Assembly: GCF_004010195.1 (NCBI RefSeq)
Contig: NC_057728.1
Coordinates: forward strand, 53,798,535-53,862,534
DNA: 64,000 nt
Direction: 5' to 3'
Origin: Chiloscyllium plagiosum
Taxonomy: Eukaryota
A model generated the notes under the pieces. That model was not told the DNA's origin. It did not search any database and saw nothing but the letters and a program-made list of their open reading frames with translations. Position numbers and translations under genes: made by a program. Positions 1 to 11,755 of the stretch are shown here, in pieces; position 1 is the stretch's first letter, and every line of letters starts with the position of its first letter.

Positions 1-220
1 GCTGGGTAAAAAGCCTGGAACCTCTTCCCATTGGCACTATAGGTGTTGTCCCTACCTATCTTTGCTTACAGAAACTAGCCCAACATCACCTTCTGAGATT
101 GAGAAGGTGTACAGATGAAAAGTGATAAACAAAAGGACCAAGAGATAGATGAGAAAAAAATCTTGTCACTTACAGTCTAGGAGGCACAGTTTGGAAGTGT
201 AGTGTATGTATAAGGTTAAA

Positions 221-718
221 GGATCATACAGCATGGAAACAGACCCTTTGGTCCAATTCATCCATGCCAATCAAGTTTCCCAAACGAAGCTAGTCCCATT
301 TGCCTGCGTTCAGACTACATCCATCCAAACCCTTTCTATTCATGTACCCATCCAGTTGGCTGTTAAGTGTTGTAGTTGTTCCAGCCTCCATCACTTCATC
401 TAGCAGCTCATTCCATACATGCACCACCCTCTGTGTGGAAAAGCTGCCCCTTATGTCCCTTTTATAACTTGCCCCTCACACTCTAAACCTATGCCCTCTA
501 GTTCTGGACTCCCCCGTGCCATGGAAAAGACCCTGTCTATTTCATGCCCCTCATGATTTTGTAAACTTCTATGAGCTTCTGACACTCCAGGGAAAACAGC
601 CCCAGCCTGTTTCTGCACTGTAGGGAATCTAATCTAATCTATTTAGCCTCTCCCTACAGCTCAAACTCTCCAACCCTGGCAACATCCTTGTAAATCTTCT
701 CTGAACCTTTTCAAGCCT
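221..718 (-). mobile_element. CR1-clade (HER1-like) LINE, 3' fragment
   Basis: The minus-strand translation gives LEKVQRRFTRMLPGLESLSCRERLNRL, the CR1 ORF2 C-terminus. It is followed by a 3' UTR that matches the other copies (34682-35494, 53336-53770). Confidence 0.85.
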
Positions 719-1710
719 CCAGCTCATATCCTCCACTTCCTGCACCACTGCTCTTGAACACCAATGCTCCCAACACAACAAGGACAGAAACCCCCCCCAC
801 CCGTCCTCACCTTCCACCGGACCAACCTCCACATGCATTGCATCATCTTCCGCCACTTCCGCTATCTTCAAACGGACCCCACCACCAGAGACATATTTCC
901 CTCCCCACCTCTATCAGCATTCCGGAGAGACCATTGTCTCCACGAGTCTCTTGGCAGGTCCATGCCATCCCCAAAAAGCCCACACCACACTCCCGGCATC
1001 TTCCCCTGCCACTGCAGGAAGTGCAAAAGCTGCATCCACACCATTGCCCTCACCTCCGTCCAAGGCCCCAAAGGATCCTTACACATCCAACAGAAATTTA
1101 CCGGTCCTCTGCCAATGTCATCAACTGTATCCATTGCATCCGATGTGGTCTCCTCTACATCGGGGAGACAGGATGCCTTCTTGCCAACTGTTTCAGAGAA
1201 CATCTCTGGGACACCCACAGCAACCAACTCCACCGCCCTGTGGCTGAATGCTTCAACTCCCCCTCCCACTCGGTCAAGGACATGCAGATCCGAGGCCTCC
1301 GCCATTAGCAAACCCTTACCACCCAATGCCTGGAGGAAGAACGCCTCATATTCCGCTTTGGGACCCTGCAACCACACAGGATCAATGTGGATTTTACCAG
1401 TTTCCTCATTTTCCCTCATTATCCCAGTCCTAAGCCTCCAACTTGGCACCGCCCTCCTGACCTGTCCATCACCTTTCCCATCTATTCTGGTCCACCTCCT
1501 CTCTGACCTATCATCTTCTCCCTCACCTTCATCTACCTATTGCATTCGCAAGTACCTTCTCCCAACCAACCCCACACCCCCCCCCGCCATTTATCCTCTG
1601 GCCCCCCACCCATAAGTCTCATTCCTGATGAAGGATTTATGCCCGAAAAGTCAATTCTCCTGCTCCTCGGATGTTGCCTGACCTACTGTGCTTTTCCAGA
1701 ACCATACTCT
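719..1710 (+). mobile_element. Penelope-like retroelement, 3' part with GIY-YIG endonuclease and terminal repeat (frameshifted)
   Basis: The frame gives SSANVINCIHCIRCGLLYIGETG...FREH (GIY-YIG of PLEs) with an upstream CxxxxCxxC motif. It ends in the hammerhead-bearing terminus shared with the mini-elements. Confidence 0.85.
1625..1652 (+). ncRNA. Decayed minimal hammerhead ribozyme motif in a PLE terminus
   Basis: CTGATGA-A-GGAT TTAT GCCC-GAAAA-GTC; stem II and stem III carry substitutions relative to the intact copies. Confidence 0.6.
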
Positions 1711-4171
1711 TGGCCCAGTGATCATTTCCCTAGCTTCCCACAGAGTTAAAATGTCTTTTAATAATGTAATTGTACCTGCATCTACCACTCCCTCCATCAA
1801 TTCATTCCACATATGAACCACCCACTGTGTGAAAAGAAATTGCCCCTGAGGTAACTTTTAAATCTTTCTTGTCTTACCTTAAAATTTGCCCTCTACATCC
1901 AACTGAAACATTCCAGAGGATATTGGATAACTATTTGGATAAAATTAATGTTCAAAGCGATGGAGGAAAAGCAGGAGTTTGGCATTAGGCAATGATGCTT
2001 GTTTGAACAGCCAGTACAGGCATGATGGATCGAACGACATCCTCTACACTTTAAGACTTCTATGATTCTGAAGTGTAGATAAAGATGAGCAATAAATGCT
2101 GGCCCAGCTAATGATGTCTATACTCCAGAATTGAATTTTTAAGAAGGTAAACTTATGCCAAAGCAATAATATTGCTCGAAATACTATTTGGCAGCTATCT
2201 TGGAATTTTTGTTTAGTTGAGAAATCTGTCACAGGAAATAAAGTTTGTGACGTTAACGAGAAATGGCAACATCTCAAGAAAAGCGGATTAAGTCCAGAGT
2301 AGCAACCTTTGACTTAGATATTTGGATGCACAAAGCTTAATTTTTCTTTGAATAACTGACCTACTAAGCCAACAATATAGTAAGAAACAAACATCTACCG
2401 ATATCTTTAATGGAATGAAACATTGCTTCAAAGGACTCATACCACCAATTTGGAGAAGAAACATCATGAAGGTCTCCATTAGGTCCCGGTGAAGTATGGG
2501 AAGAGGCCAGGCACCAACAATGGATGGACAGTGTGTAAAACTTAAGTTCCTACCCACCTGCCTTTTCAAACACCCATCTCCCCCACAACTGGCAGGGTGT
2601 GCAAATCCAGCCTTGACTGTTCTGCTCCCTCAAGATCCACAACACAGGAATTGGAAAATGTCGTCCCAGATCCCAAGACATGCCCTCAGAAGAAAATCAA
2701 ACAAAAGTATGGCACCATGTTATATGAGTAGATGTTAGGACTGATGACCAAAGGCCTAAGTCAAAGAGTTTTGATTTTTGGAGCACTTAAGATAAGAAAG
2801 CAAAGTAAAGAGTTGGAAATGTGTAGAGAGGGTACTTTAGGGCAAAGGATCTAGGTGAATACAGACCACCAGGTGGAGTGAAAGGTGAACTAAAGGTGAA
2901 GCAATTAAGAAAAGGACTGATCATGCAGTGTACACAGATCAAGTTCTGATCTTTCAACTTGGCCTCCCTTCCTCACCACTTACCCCCTCCCCTATCCTCC
3001 ACCAACTTTTATTCCCACATCCCCATAGCCTCTGATCTCCCTCCCCTAAACACCCTATCTCCAGTCTCAGCCTATTCTGGGCTTGTGTACATATTCTCAG
3101 CTGGAGCGACCGATCGAGATGTCAGTCTACACATTCTTGCAGGCTGCTTCACCTCCTTTTCCAATGCATCTTGGAATACATTACTACGGCAAAGGCAGGT
3201 TTTTGTTCTCTGTAAAACTGCCACTCCTCCATTGCCACTGAAGGCATCAGGAAAATGATTATTAGCACCAGAGAGGATTACTTAAATCCTTTTGTCAGTA
3301 AAAGTGTCAAAACATACTGCAATAAAGCTTGGAATTTTATCTGATGACCTAAAGTTGTATTCATAGAGACTTGTTTAACAAACACATCATGTTACATGTG
3401 TGACATGTGAAACTTTGCAAATATTTTGTCTTTCTTTTATTCTCATGTATTTTTAACTGGTAAGAACAACTAAAATTCCTTCATTTTGAAATCATAGAAT
3501 CACTTAGCACAGAAAGATGCCATTTGGCCCATCATGTCCGTGTCAGTTCTTTGTAAGACAGTTACCTCCACTCCCCTGCTGTTTCCCCATATCTCTGCAA
3601 ATCTTTTCTCTTTTCAACAATTAATCTAACTCTCTCTTGAGAGGGACTGTTGAGTGTGTAGCCACGCTGCTTTCAAACTGCACATTCCAGATTAGAATAA
3701 TTTACTTCTGCCACAGTGAAATCTGTTTGCCATCCTCTAGATTTTTATAGACTCATAGAATTGTTACAACAAGGAGGCTATTTGGCCCATTATGTCTGTG
3801 CTGGGTCTCTGAAGGCACAATTGATACTAGTGCATCTCGAATGGTGAAAAGTTGATGCTATAAAAGGTAATGCTCTGAAAGGGTTAATGTTCATGTTACA
3901 TTGGCTCCAACCATTCTAGTGATGCCATACACAGTCTGTGGATGGAGAAAAGGGGTTCAAGCTCCCAGAGGGAATATTAATTATCTGTGCCAGCTTCCTA
4001 ACGATTATGCCTGACTAATGTGCAGTTTTACTTATTTCTATCATGCAATAAATTTTGTTGTTATTGTTACAACATGGGGTAAACTCCTCCTGCTAATTTA
4101 ACCTGCAACACAGAAATGATTTAATGCGTGCTGTAGTCTGTTAAAATCCGAAAGGCCAAGAACGATACCAC

Positions 4172-4946
4172 AAGTCACCTTCTGGCTGTAACAGCTGCTC
4201 CTTTTTTGAGGTATTTTAGGTGTTGGAGGTGATTTCCTCGAATTCCAAGAGCAGCAATTACTGTTTTGTATGCTGTTGCATTGTTTTGGAACTTTGGAAA
4301 AAAAAATAAAAAAAACAGCAGTTTTAAAAGGGAGGAGAACAGGCAAAGGAAGCACATGGTGAGGACAGTGCAGGAGAGAGAGAGAGAGAACCTGCACAGT
4401 TACTGCCTTTGCTATTTCGAATTCATGTGTCGCTGGACATCGGAGTGCGTCTGGGAAAGTTAACAAACAGTGAAATTCACAACTAATTTTGGAGGGCCCT
4501 GTTTGGACAAAGTTCACAGCACAGAATCAGATAAGTTAATCGTTGTTTTAAGTGTGTCCAATAGAAAGGCTGCAGTAGTGAGCAGAGTGGGTTCTTTCTT
4601 GATTATATGTTTTTGGAGATATGTGTCTTTGTTAAACTTAAAATATAAGCCATAACAATTAATTTAACCTGGGGCAGTGTTTTGTAGAGGAATAAGACGG
4701 TGTTACTTTCTGGGTCTGTAGATTGTGGAGGAGCAAAAATGGCCTTTAGTACAGTGATATGTACTTCTTGTCAGATGTGGGAGTTTAAAGAGAGTTTAAG
4801 GGTTACTGCAGATTATATCCGCCATAAATGCTGTTGGATGCAAATCTTATCAGATCAAGTGGATCGGTTGAAGAGACAGTTAAAAGAAATGAGGAATTTG
4901 AACAGCAACAGTATGTGATGGATGGCAGTTATAGGAAGGGGGGAAA
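4172..4946 (+). mobile_element. CR1 LINE 5' UTR and start of ORF1, truncated by the gap
   Basis: ATG at 4739 gives MAFSTVICTSCQMWEF...DYIRHKCCWMQILSDQVDRLKRQL, a CxxC...xxxC zinc finger plus leucine-zipper pattern typical of vertebrate CR1 ORF1. The 5' boundary is approximate. Confidence 0.7.
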
Positions 4947-5627
4947 NNNNNNNNNNNNNNNNNNNNNNNNNNNNNNNNNNNNNNNNNNNNNNNNNNNNNN
5001 NNNNNNNNNNNNNNNNNNNNNNNNNNNNNNNNNNNNNNNNNNNNNNNNNNNNNNNNNNNNNNNNNNNNNNNNNNNNNNNNNNNNNNNNNNNNNNNNNNNN
5101 NNNNNNNNNNNNNNNNNNNNNNNNNNNNNNNNNNNNNNNNNNNNNNNNNNNNNNNNNNNNNNNNNNNNNNNNNNNNNNNNNNNNNNNNNNNNNNNNNNNN
5201 NNNNNNNNNNNNNNNNNNNNNNNNNNNNNNNNNNNNNNNNNNNNNNNNNNNNNNNNNNNNNNNNNNNNNNNNNNNNNNNNNNNNNNNNNNNNNNNNNNNN
5301 NNNNNNNNNNNNNNNNNNNNNNNNNNNNNNNNNNNNNNNNNNNNNNNNNNNNNNNNNNNNNNNNNNNNNNNNNNNNNNNNNNNNNNNNNNNNNNNNNNNN
5401 NNNNNNNNNNNNNNNNNNNNNNNNNNNNNNNNNNNNNNNNNNNNNNNNNNNNNNNNNNNNNNNNNNNNNNNNNNNNNNNNNNNNNNNNNNNNNNNNNNNN
5501 NNNNNNNNNNNNNNNNNNNNNNNNNNNNNNNNNNNNNNNNNNNNNNNNNNNNNNNNNNNNNNNNNNNNNNNNNNNNNNNNNNNNNNNNNNNNNNNNNNNN
5601 NNNNNNNNNNNNNNNNNNNNNNNNNNN
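4947..5627. other. Assembly gap (N run)
   Basis: Run of N. Confidence 1.
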
Positions 5628-8600
5628 ATTGATGTTCATTGTGAATGAAGATGGAACACAGTGATGGTTAATGCTGTTCAGTGCAAATGATGCTGGAACA
5701 CAGTGAGTGTTAAAGGTGTTCTGTTCGAATGAAGCTGGAAATCATTGAGTGTTCGAATGAAGCTGGAACACAGTGAGGGTTAATGGTGTTCAGTGTGAAT
5801 TAAGCAGGAATGCAGTCAGTGTTAATGGTGTTCAGTGTGAATAACGATGGAACACAGTGAGTGTAAATCGTGTTCTATGTGTGAATGAAGCAGGAACTCA
5901 GTGAGTGTTAATGGTGTTCAGTGCGAATGTCGCAGGAACATAGTTATTGTTAATGGTGTTAAGTGTGAATGAAGCTGGAACACAGTGAGTGTTAATGGTG
6001 CTGAATGTTAATGAAGCAGGAACACAGTGAGTGTTAATGGTGTTCAGTGTAAATGAAGCAGGAACAAAGTGAGTGTTAATGGTGTTCAGTGTAAATGAAG
6101 CAGGAACACAGTGAGTGTTAATGGTGCTGGGTATAGAAAGAAGAAGGAACACTGTTAGTGTTTCTGGTGTTCTGTCTGAAAGAGTCAGTAAAAGAGTGAG
6201 TGTTAATGCCGTTATGTGTGAATGTAGCAGGAACACAGTCAGTGTTAATGGTGTTCAGTGTGAATGTACCAGGAACACAATGAATATTAATGGTGTTCAG
6301 TGTAAATATAGCAGGTGCACAATGAAAGTTGATGGTTCTCAGTGTGAATGTAGCAGGAACATAGTGAGTGATAATGGTGTTCAGTTCGAATGAAGCTGGA
6401 ACACAGTGAGTGTTAAAGGTGTTCAGTGTAAATTAAGCAGGAGTGTAGTCAGTGTTAATGGTGTTCAGTGTGAATAACGATGGAACACAGTGTCTGTAAA
6501 TAGGTTTCTGTGTGTGAATGAAGCAGGAACCCAGTGAGTGTTAATGGTCTTCTGTGCAAATGAAGCAGGAACACTGAGTGTGAATGGTTTTCAGTGCGAA
6601 TGAAGCAGGAACACTGTGAGTGTTAATGGTGATCAGTGTGAATGCAGCAGGAACAGAGTGAGTGTTAATGGTGTTCAGTGTGAATGAAGCAGGAACACAG
6701 TGAGTGTTAGTGGCGTTCCGTTTAAATGAAGCAGGAACACAGTGAGTGTTAATAGTGTTAAGTGTGAATTGAGCAGGAACAGAGTGAGTGTTAATGATGT
6801 TCAGTGTGAATGAAGCAGGAACACAGTGAGTGTTAGTGGTGTTCAGTTTAACTGAAGCAGGAACACAGTGAGTGTTAATGGTGTTCAGTGTGAATGTAGC
6901 AGGAACACAGGAAGTGTTTGTGGTGTTCAGTGTAAATGAAGCAGGAACACAGTGAGTGTTAATATTGATCAATGTAAATGTAGCAGGAACACAGTGAGTG
7001 TTAATAGTGTTCACTGTTAATTAAGAATTGCACAGTGAGTGCTAATGGTGTTCAGTGTTAATTAAGCAGGAAGACAGTGAGTGTTAATGGTGTTCAGTCT
7101 GAAAGACTCAGGAAAAGAGTGAGTGTTAATGGTGTTCGGTGTGAATGAAGCAGGTACACAATGAGTATTCATGGTGTTCAGTGTGAATGTAGCAGGAACA
7201 CAGTGAGTGTTTGTGGTATTCAGTGTTAATGAAGCAGGAACACCGTGTGTGTTAATGGTGTTCAGTGTGAATGAAGCAGGAACACAGTGAGTGTTAATCC
7301 TGTTCACTGTGAATGAAGCAGTTGCACAGGCATTGTTAATGGTGTTCAGTGTGAATAACAATGGAACACAGTGAGTGTAAATAGTGTTCTGTGTGTGAAA
7401 GAAGCAAGAACATAGTGAGCGTTAATGGAGCTGAGTGTGAATGACGCAGGGACACAGTGAGTGATAATAGTGTTCACTGTGAATGAGCAGAGTGTTAACG
7501 GTGCTGTGTGTGAATGAAGCAGGAGCACAGTGAGTGTTAATGGCATGTTTTGTGAATGAAGCAGGAACACAATGAGTGTTAATGGTGTTCAGTGTAAATG
7601 AAGCAGGAACAGAGTGAGTGTTAATGGTGTTCAGTGTGAATGAAGCAGGAACACTGAGTGTTAATGGTATTCAATATCAATGAAGCAGGAACACAATGAG
7701 TGTGAATCGTGTTCAGTGTGAATGAAGCATGAACATACTGAATGTTAATGGTGTTCGGTGTGAATGATGCATGAACACAGTGAGGGTTAATGGTGTTCAT
7801 TGCCAAAAGCAGGGACAGTGTGATTGTTAATGATGTTCACTGTAACTGAACCGGGAACACAGTGAGTGTTAATTGTGTTCAGTGTGAATGATGCAGGAAC
7901 ACAGTGAGTATTAATGGTATTCAATATAAATGAAGCAGGAACACAATGAGTGTTAATCGTGTTCAGTGTGAATGACGCAGGAACAGAGTGAGTGTTAATG
8001 GTACTTTGTGTGAATGAAGCAGGCACACAGTGAGTGTTAGTGGTGTTGTGTGTGAACGAAGCAGGGACATAGTGAGTGTTAATGATGTTCCGTGTGAGTA
8101 TAGCAGGAACACAATGAGTGTTAATGGTGTTCAGTGTGAATGAGGCAGGAACACAGTGAGTGTTAATGGTGTTAAGTGTGAATGGAGCAGGAACACAGTG
8201 AGTGTTAGTGGTGTTCAATGTGAAAGAAGAAGGAACACAGTGAGTGTTAATGGTGCTGAGTGTGAATGACGCAGGAACAGAGTGAGTGTTAATGGTGCTG
8301 TGTGTGAATGAAGCAGGCACACAGTGAGTGTTAGTGGTGTTGTGTGTGAAAGAAGCAGGGACACAGTGAGTGTTAATGATGTTCCGTGTGAGTGTAGCAG
8401 GAACACAGTGAGTGTTAATGGTGTTCAGTGTGAATGAGGCAGGAACACATTAAGTGTTAATGGTGTTCAGTGTGAATGTAACAGGAACACAGTAGTGGTA
8501 ATGATGTTCAGTGTGAATGAAGCTGGAACACAGTGAGTGTTAATGGTGTTCAGTGTAAATGAAGCAGGAACACAGTGAGTGATAATGGTGTTCAGTGTGA

Positions 8601-8646
8601 ATGAGGCAGAAACACATTGAGTGTTAATTGTGCTGACTGTGAATGT

Positions 8647-8860
8647 CTTCGAGGAGAATGTCAGGACTGCAGATGCTGGAGATCAGAGTTGAAAGTGTGT
8701 TGCTGGAAAAGCGCGGCAGGTCAGGCAGAATCCAAGGAACAGGATAATTGATGTTTCGGGCATAATCCTGAAGAAGGGCATATGCCCGAAACGTCAATTA
8801 TCCTGTTCCTTGGATGCTGCCTGACCTGCTGCGCTTTTCCAGCAACACATTTTCAGCTCT
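8647..8860. mobile_element. Palindromic PLE-derived mini-element inside the satellite
   Basis: Inverted arms of the PLE terminus plus a ~38-nt unpaired tail, flanked by CTGA(C/G)TGTGAATGT at 8633-8646 and 8859-8872. Confidence 0.85.
8768..8795 (+). ncRNA. Minimal type-I hammerhead ribozyme, intact core
   Basis: CTGAAGA-A-GGGC ATAT GCCC-GAAAC-GTC. Confidence 0.8.
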
Positions 8861-11551
8861 GAGTGTGAATGTAGCAGGAACACAGTGAGTGCTAATGGAG
8901 TTCAGTGTGAATGTAGCAGGAACACAATGAGTGTTTAATCGTATTCAGTGTGAATGGAGCAGGAACACAGTGAGTGTTAATGGTGTTCAGTGTGAATGTA
9001 GCAGGAACACAGTAGTGGTAATGATGTTCAGTGTGAATGGAGCAGGAACACAATGAGTGTTAATGCTGTTCAGGATGAATGACACTGGAACACAGTGAGT
9101 GTAAATAGTGTTCTGTGTATGAATGCAGCAGGAACATTGACATGTAATGATGTTCAGTGTGAATGAGACAGGAACACAGTGAGTGTTAATGGTGCTGAGT
9201 GTGAATGACGCAGGAACAGAGTGAGTGTTAGTGGTGTTCAGTGTGAGAGAGGCAGAAACACAGTGAGCGATAATGGTGCTGGGTATGAAAGAAGAAGGAA
9301 CACAGTGAGTGTTAATGCTGTTCTGTGTCAATGAAGCAGGAACACATTGAGTGTTAATGGTGCTGTGTGTGAATGAAGCAGGCACACAGAGAGTGTCAGT
9401 GGTGTTTTGTGTGAAAGAAGCAGGGACACAGTGAGTGCTAATGGAGTTCAGTGTGAATGAAGCAGGTACACAGTGAGTGTTAATGGTGTTCAGTGTGAAT
9501 GACGCAGGAACAGAGTGAGTGTTAATGGTGCTGTGTGTGAATGAAGCAGGCACACAGTGAGTGTTAGTGGTGTTGTGTGTGAAAGAAGCAGGGACACAGT
9601 GAGTGTTAATGATGTTCCGTGTGAGTATAGCAGGAACACAATGAGTGTTAATGGTGATCAGTGTAAATGTCACAGGAACAGAGTGAGTGTTAATGGTGTT
9701 CAGTGTGAATGAGGCAGGAACACAGTGATTGTTAATGGTGTTCAGTGTGAATGGAGCAGGAACACAATGAGTGTTAGTGGTGTTCAGTGTGAAAGAGGCA
9801 GGAACACAGTGAGTGATAATGGTGCTGGGTATGAAAGAAGAAGGAACACAGTGAGTGTTAATGCTGTTCAGTGTGAATGAGGCTGGAACACATTGAGTGT
9901 TAATGGTGCTGAGTGTGAATGACGCAGGAACAGAGTGAGTGTTAATGGTGCTGTGTGTGAATGAAGCAGGAACACAGTGAGTGTCAGTGGTGTTCTGTGT
10001 GAAAGAAGCAGGGACACAGTGAGTGTTAATGGTGTTCAGTGTAAATATCACAGTAACATAGTGAGTGTTAATGGTGTTCAGTCTGAAAGAGTCAGTAAAA
10101 GAGTGAGTGTTAATGCCGTTAAGTGTGAATGTAGCAGGAACACAGTGAGTGTTAATGGTGTTCAGTGTGAATGTAGCAGGAACACAGTAGTGTTAATGAT
10201 GTTCAGTGTGAATGGAGCAGGAACACAATGAGTGTTAATGGTGTTCAGTGTGAATGTGGCAGGTACACAACGAAACGTGGTGCTCAGTGTGAATGTAGCA
10301 GGAACACATTGAATGTTAATGGTGTTCAGTGTGAATGTAGCAGATACACAGTGAGTGTTAATGGTGTGCAGTGTAAATAAGGCAGGAACACATTGAGTGT
10401 TAGTGATGCTCAGTGTGAATGATGCTGGAACACAGTGAGTGTAAATAGTGTTCTGTGTGTGAATGAAGCATGAACAGTGACATCGAATGGTGTTCAGTGT
10501 GAATGAGACAGAATCACAGTGAGTGTTAATGGTGTGCATTGTGAATGAGGCAGGAACACAGTGAGCGATAATGGTGCTCAGTATTAATGAAGAGGGAACA
10601 CACAATAGTATTAATGGTTTTCTGTGTGAATGTAACAGGAACACAGTGAGTGTTAATGGTGTTCAGTGTGAATGAAGCTGGAACTTAGTGAGTGTTAATG
10701 GTGTTCAGTGTGAATGAGGCCGGTACACAATGAGTGATAATGGTGCTGAGTGTAAATGAAGCAGAAACACAGTGGGAGTTAATGGTGTTCAGTTTGAATG
10801 AAACAGTAACACATTGAGAGTTAAAGGTGCTGAGTGTGAATGAGGCAAAAACACAGTGAGTGTTAATGGTGTTCACTGTGACTGAACCAGGAACACAGTG
10901 AGTGTGAATGGTTCTGAGTATGATAGAAGCTGGAACACAGTGAGTGTTAATGGTGTTCAGTGTAAATGAAACAGGAACACAGTGACACTTATTTGGTGTT
11001 CAGTGTGAATGAAGCAGGACCACAGTGAGTGTGTGCAGTATTCAATGTGAATGAAGCAGGAACACTGAGTGTTAATGGTGTTCAGTGTGAGTATTGCAGG
11101 AACACATTGAGTGTCAGTGGTACTGAATGTGAATGAAGCAGGAACACACTGAGTGTTAATGGTGTTCAGTTTGAATGATGCAGGAACACAGTGAGTGTTA
11201 ATGGTGTTCAATAGAAATGAAGCAGGAACACAGTGAGTGTTAATGGTGTTAAGTGTGAATGAAGTTAGAACGCAGTGAGTGTTAATACACAATAGACAAT
11301 AGACAATAGGTGCAGGAGTAGGCCATTCAGCCGTTCGAGCCTGCACCACCATTCAACATGATCATGGCTGATCATTCCTAATCAGTATCCTGTTCCTGCC
11401 TTATCTCCATAACCCTTGATTCCACTATCTTTGAGAGCTCTATCCAACTCTTTCTTAAATGAATCCACAGACTGGGCCTCCACTGCCCTCTGGGGCAGAG
11501 CATTCCACACAGCCACCACTCTCTGGGTGAAGAAGTTTCTCCTCATCTCTG

Positions 11552-11755
11552 CTGAAACTTTATTGCTGGAACAGCACAGCAGGTCAGGCAGCATCTAGGG
11601 AACAGAAGATTCGACGTTTCGGGCACATGCCCTTCTTCAGGCATGTGCCCGAAACGTCGAATCTTCTGTTCCCTAGATGCTGCCTGACCTGCTGTGCTGT
11701 TCCAGCAATAAAGTTTCAGCTTTGATCTCCAGCATCTGCAGACCTCACTTTCTCC
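11552..11755. mobile_element. Perfect-hairpin PLE-derived mini-element nested in CR1
   Basis: 81-bp perfect inverted arms (11551-11631 / 11640-11720), an 8-nt loop and a ~35-nt tail. TSD TCTCCTCATCTCTG at 11538-11551 and 11756-11769. Confidence 0.92.
11613..11640 (-). ncRNA. Minimal type-I hammerhead ribozyme, intact core
   Basis: The minus strand reads CTGAAGA-A-GGGC ATGT GCCC-GAAAC-GTC. Confidence 0.8.

Noticed and set aside
868..1449. Antisense ORFs over PLE and CR1 copies (also 22534-22980, 11988-12692)
   Set aside because: Shadow frames of retroelement coding sequence.
4067..4171. Possible LTR start (TGTTACAAC...)
   Set aside because: No matching end or TSD is visible because of the CR1 and the gap.
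4828..5664. Long ORFs of 236-362 aa here and at 31383-32520
   Set aside because: Artefacts of translating N gaps.
8647..8860. Hairpin elements as DNA-transposon MITEs or pre-miRNAs
   Set aside because: Asymmetric tail, variable 13-16-bp TSDs and identity to the termini of RT/GIY-YIG-coding PLEs point to a retroelement origin.
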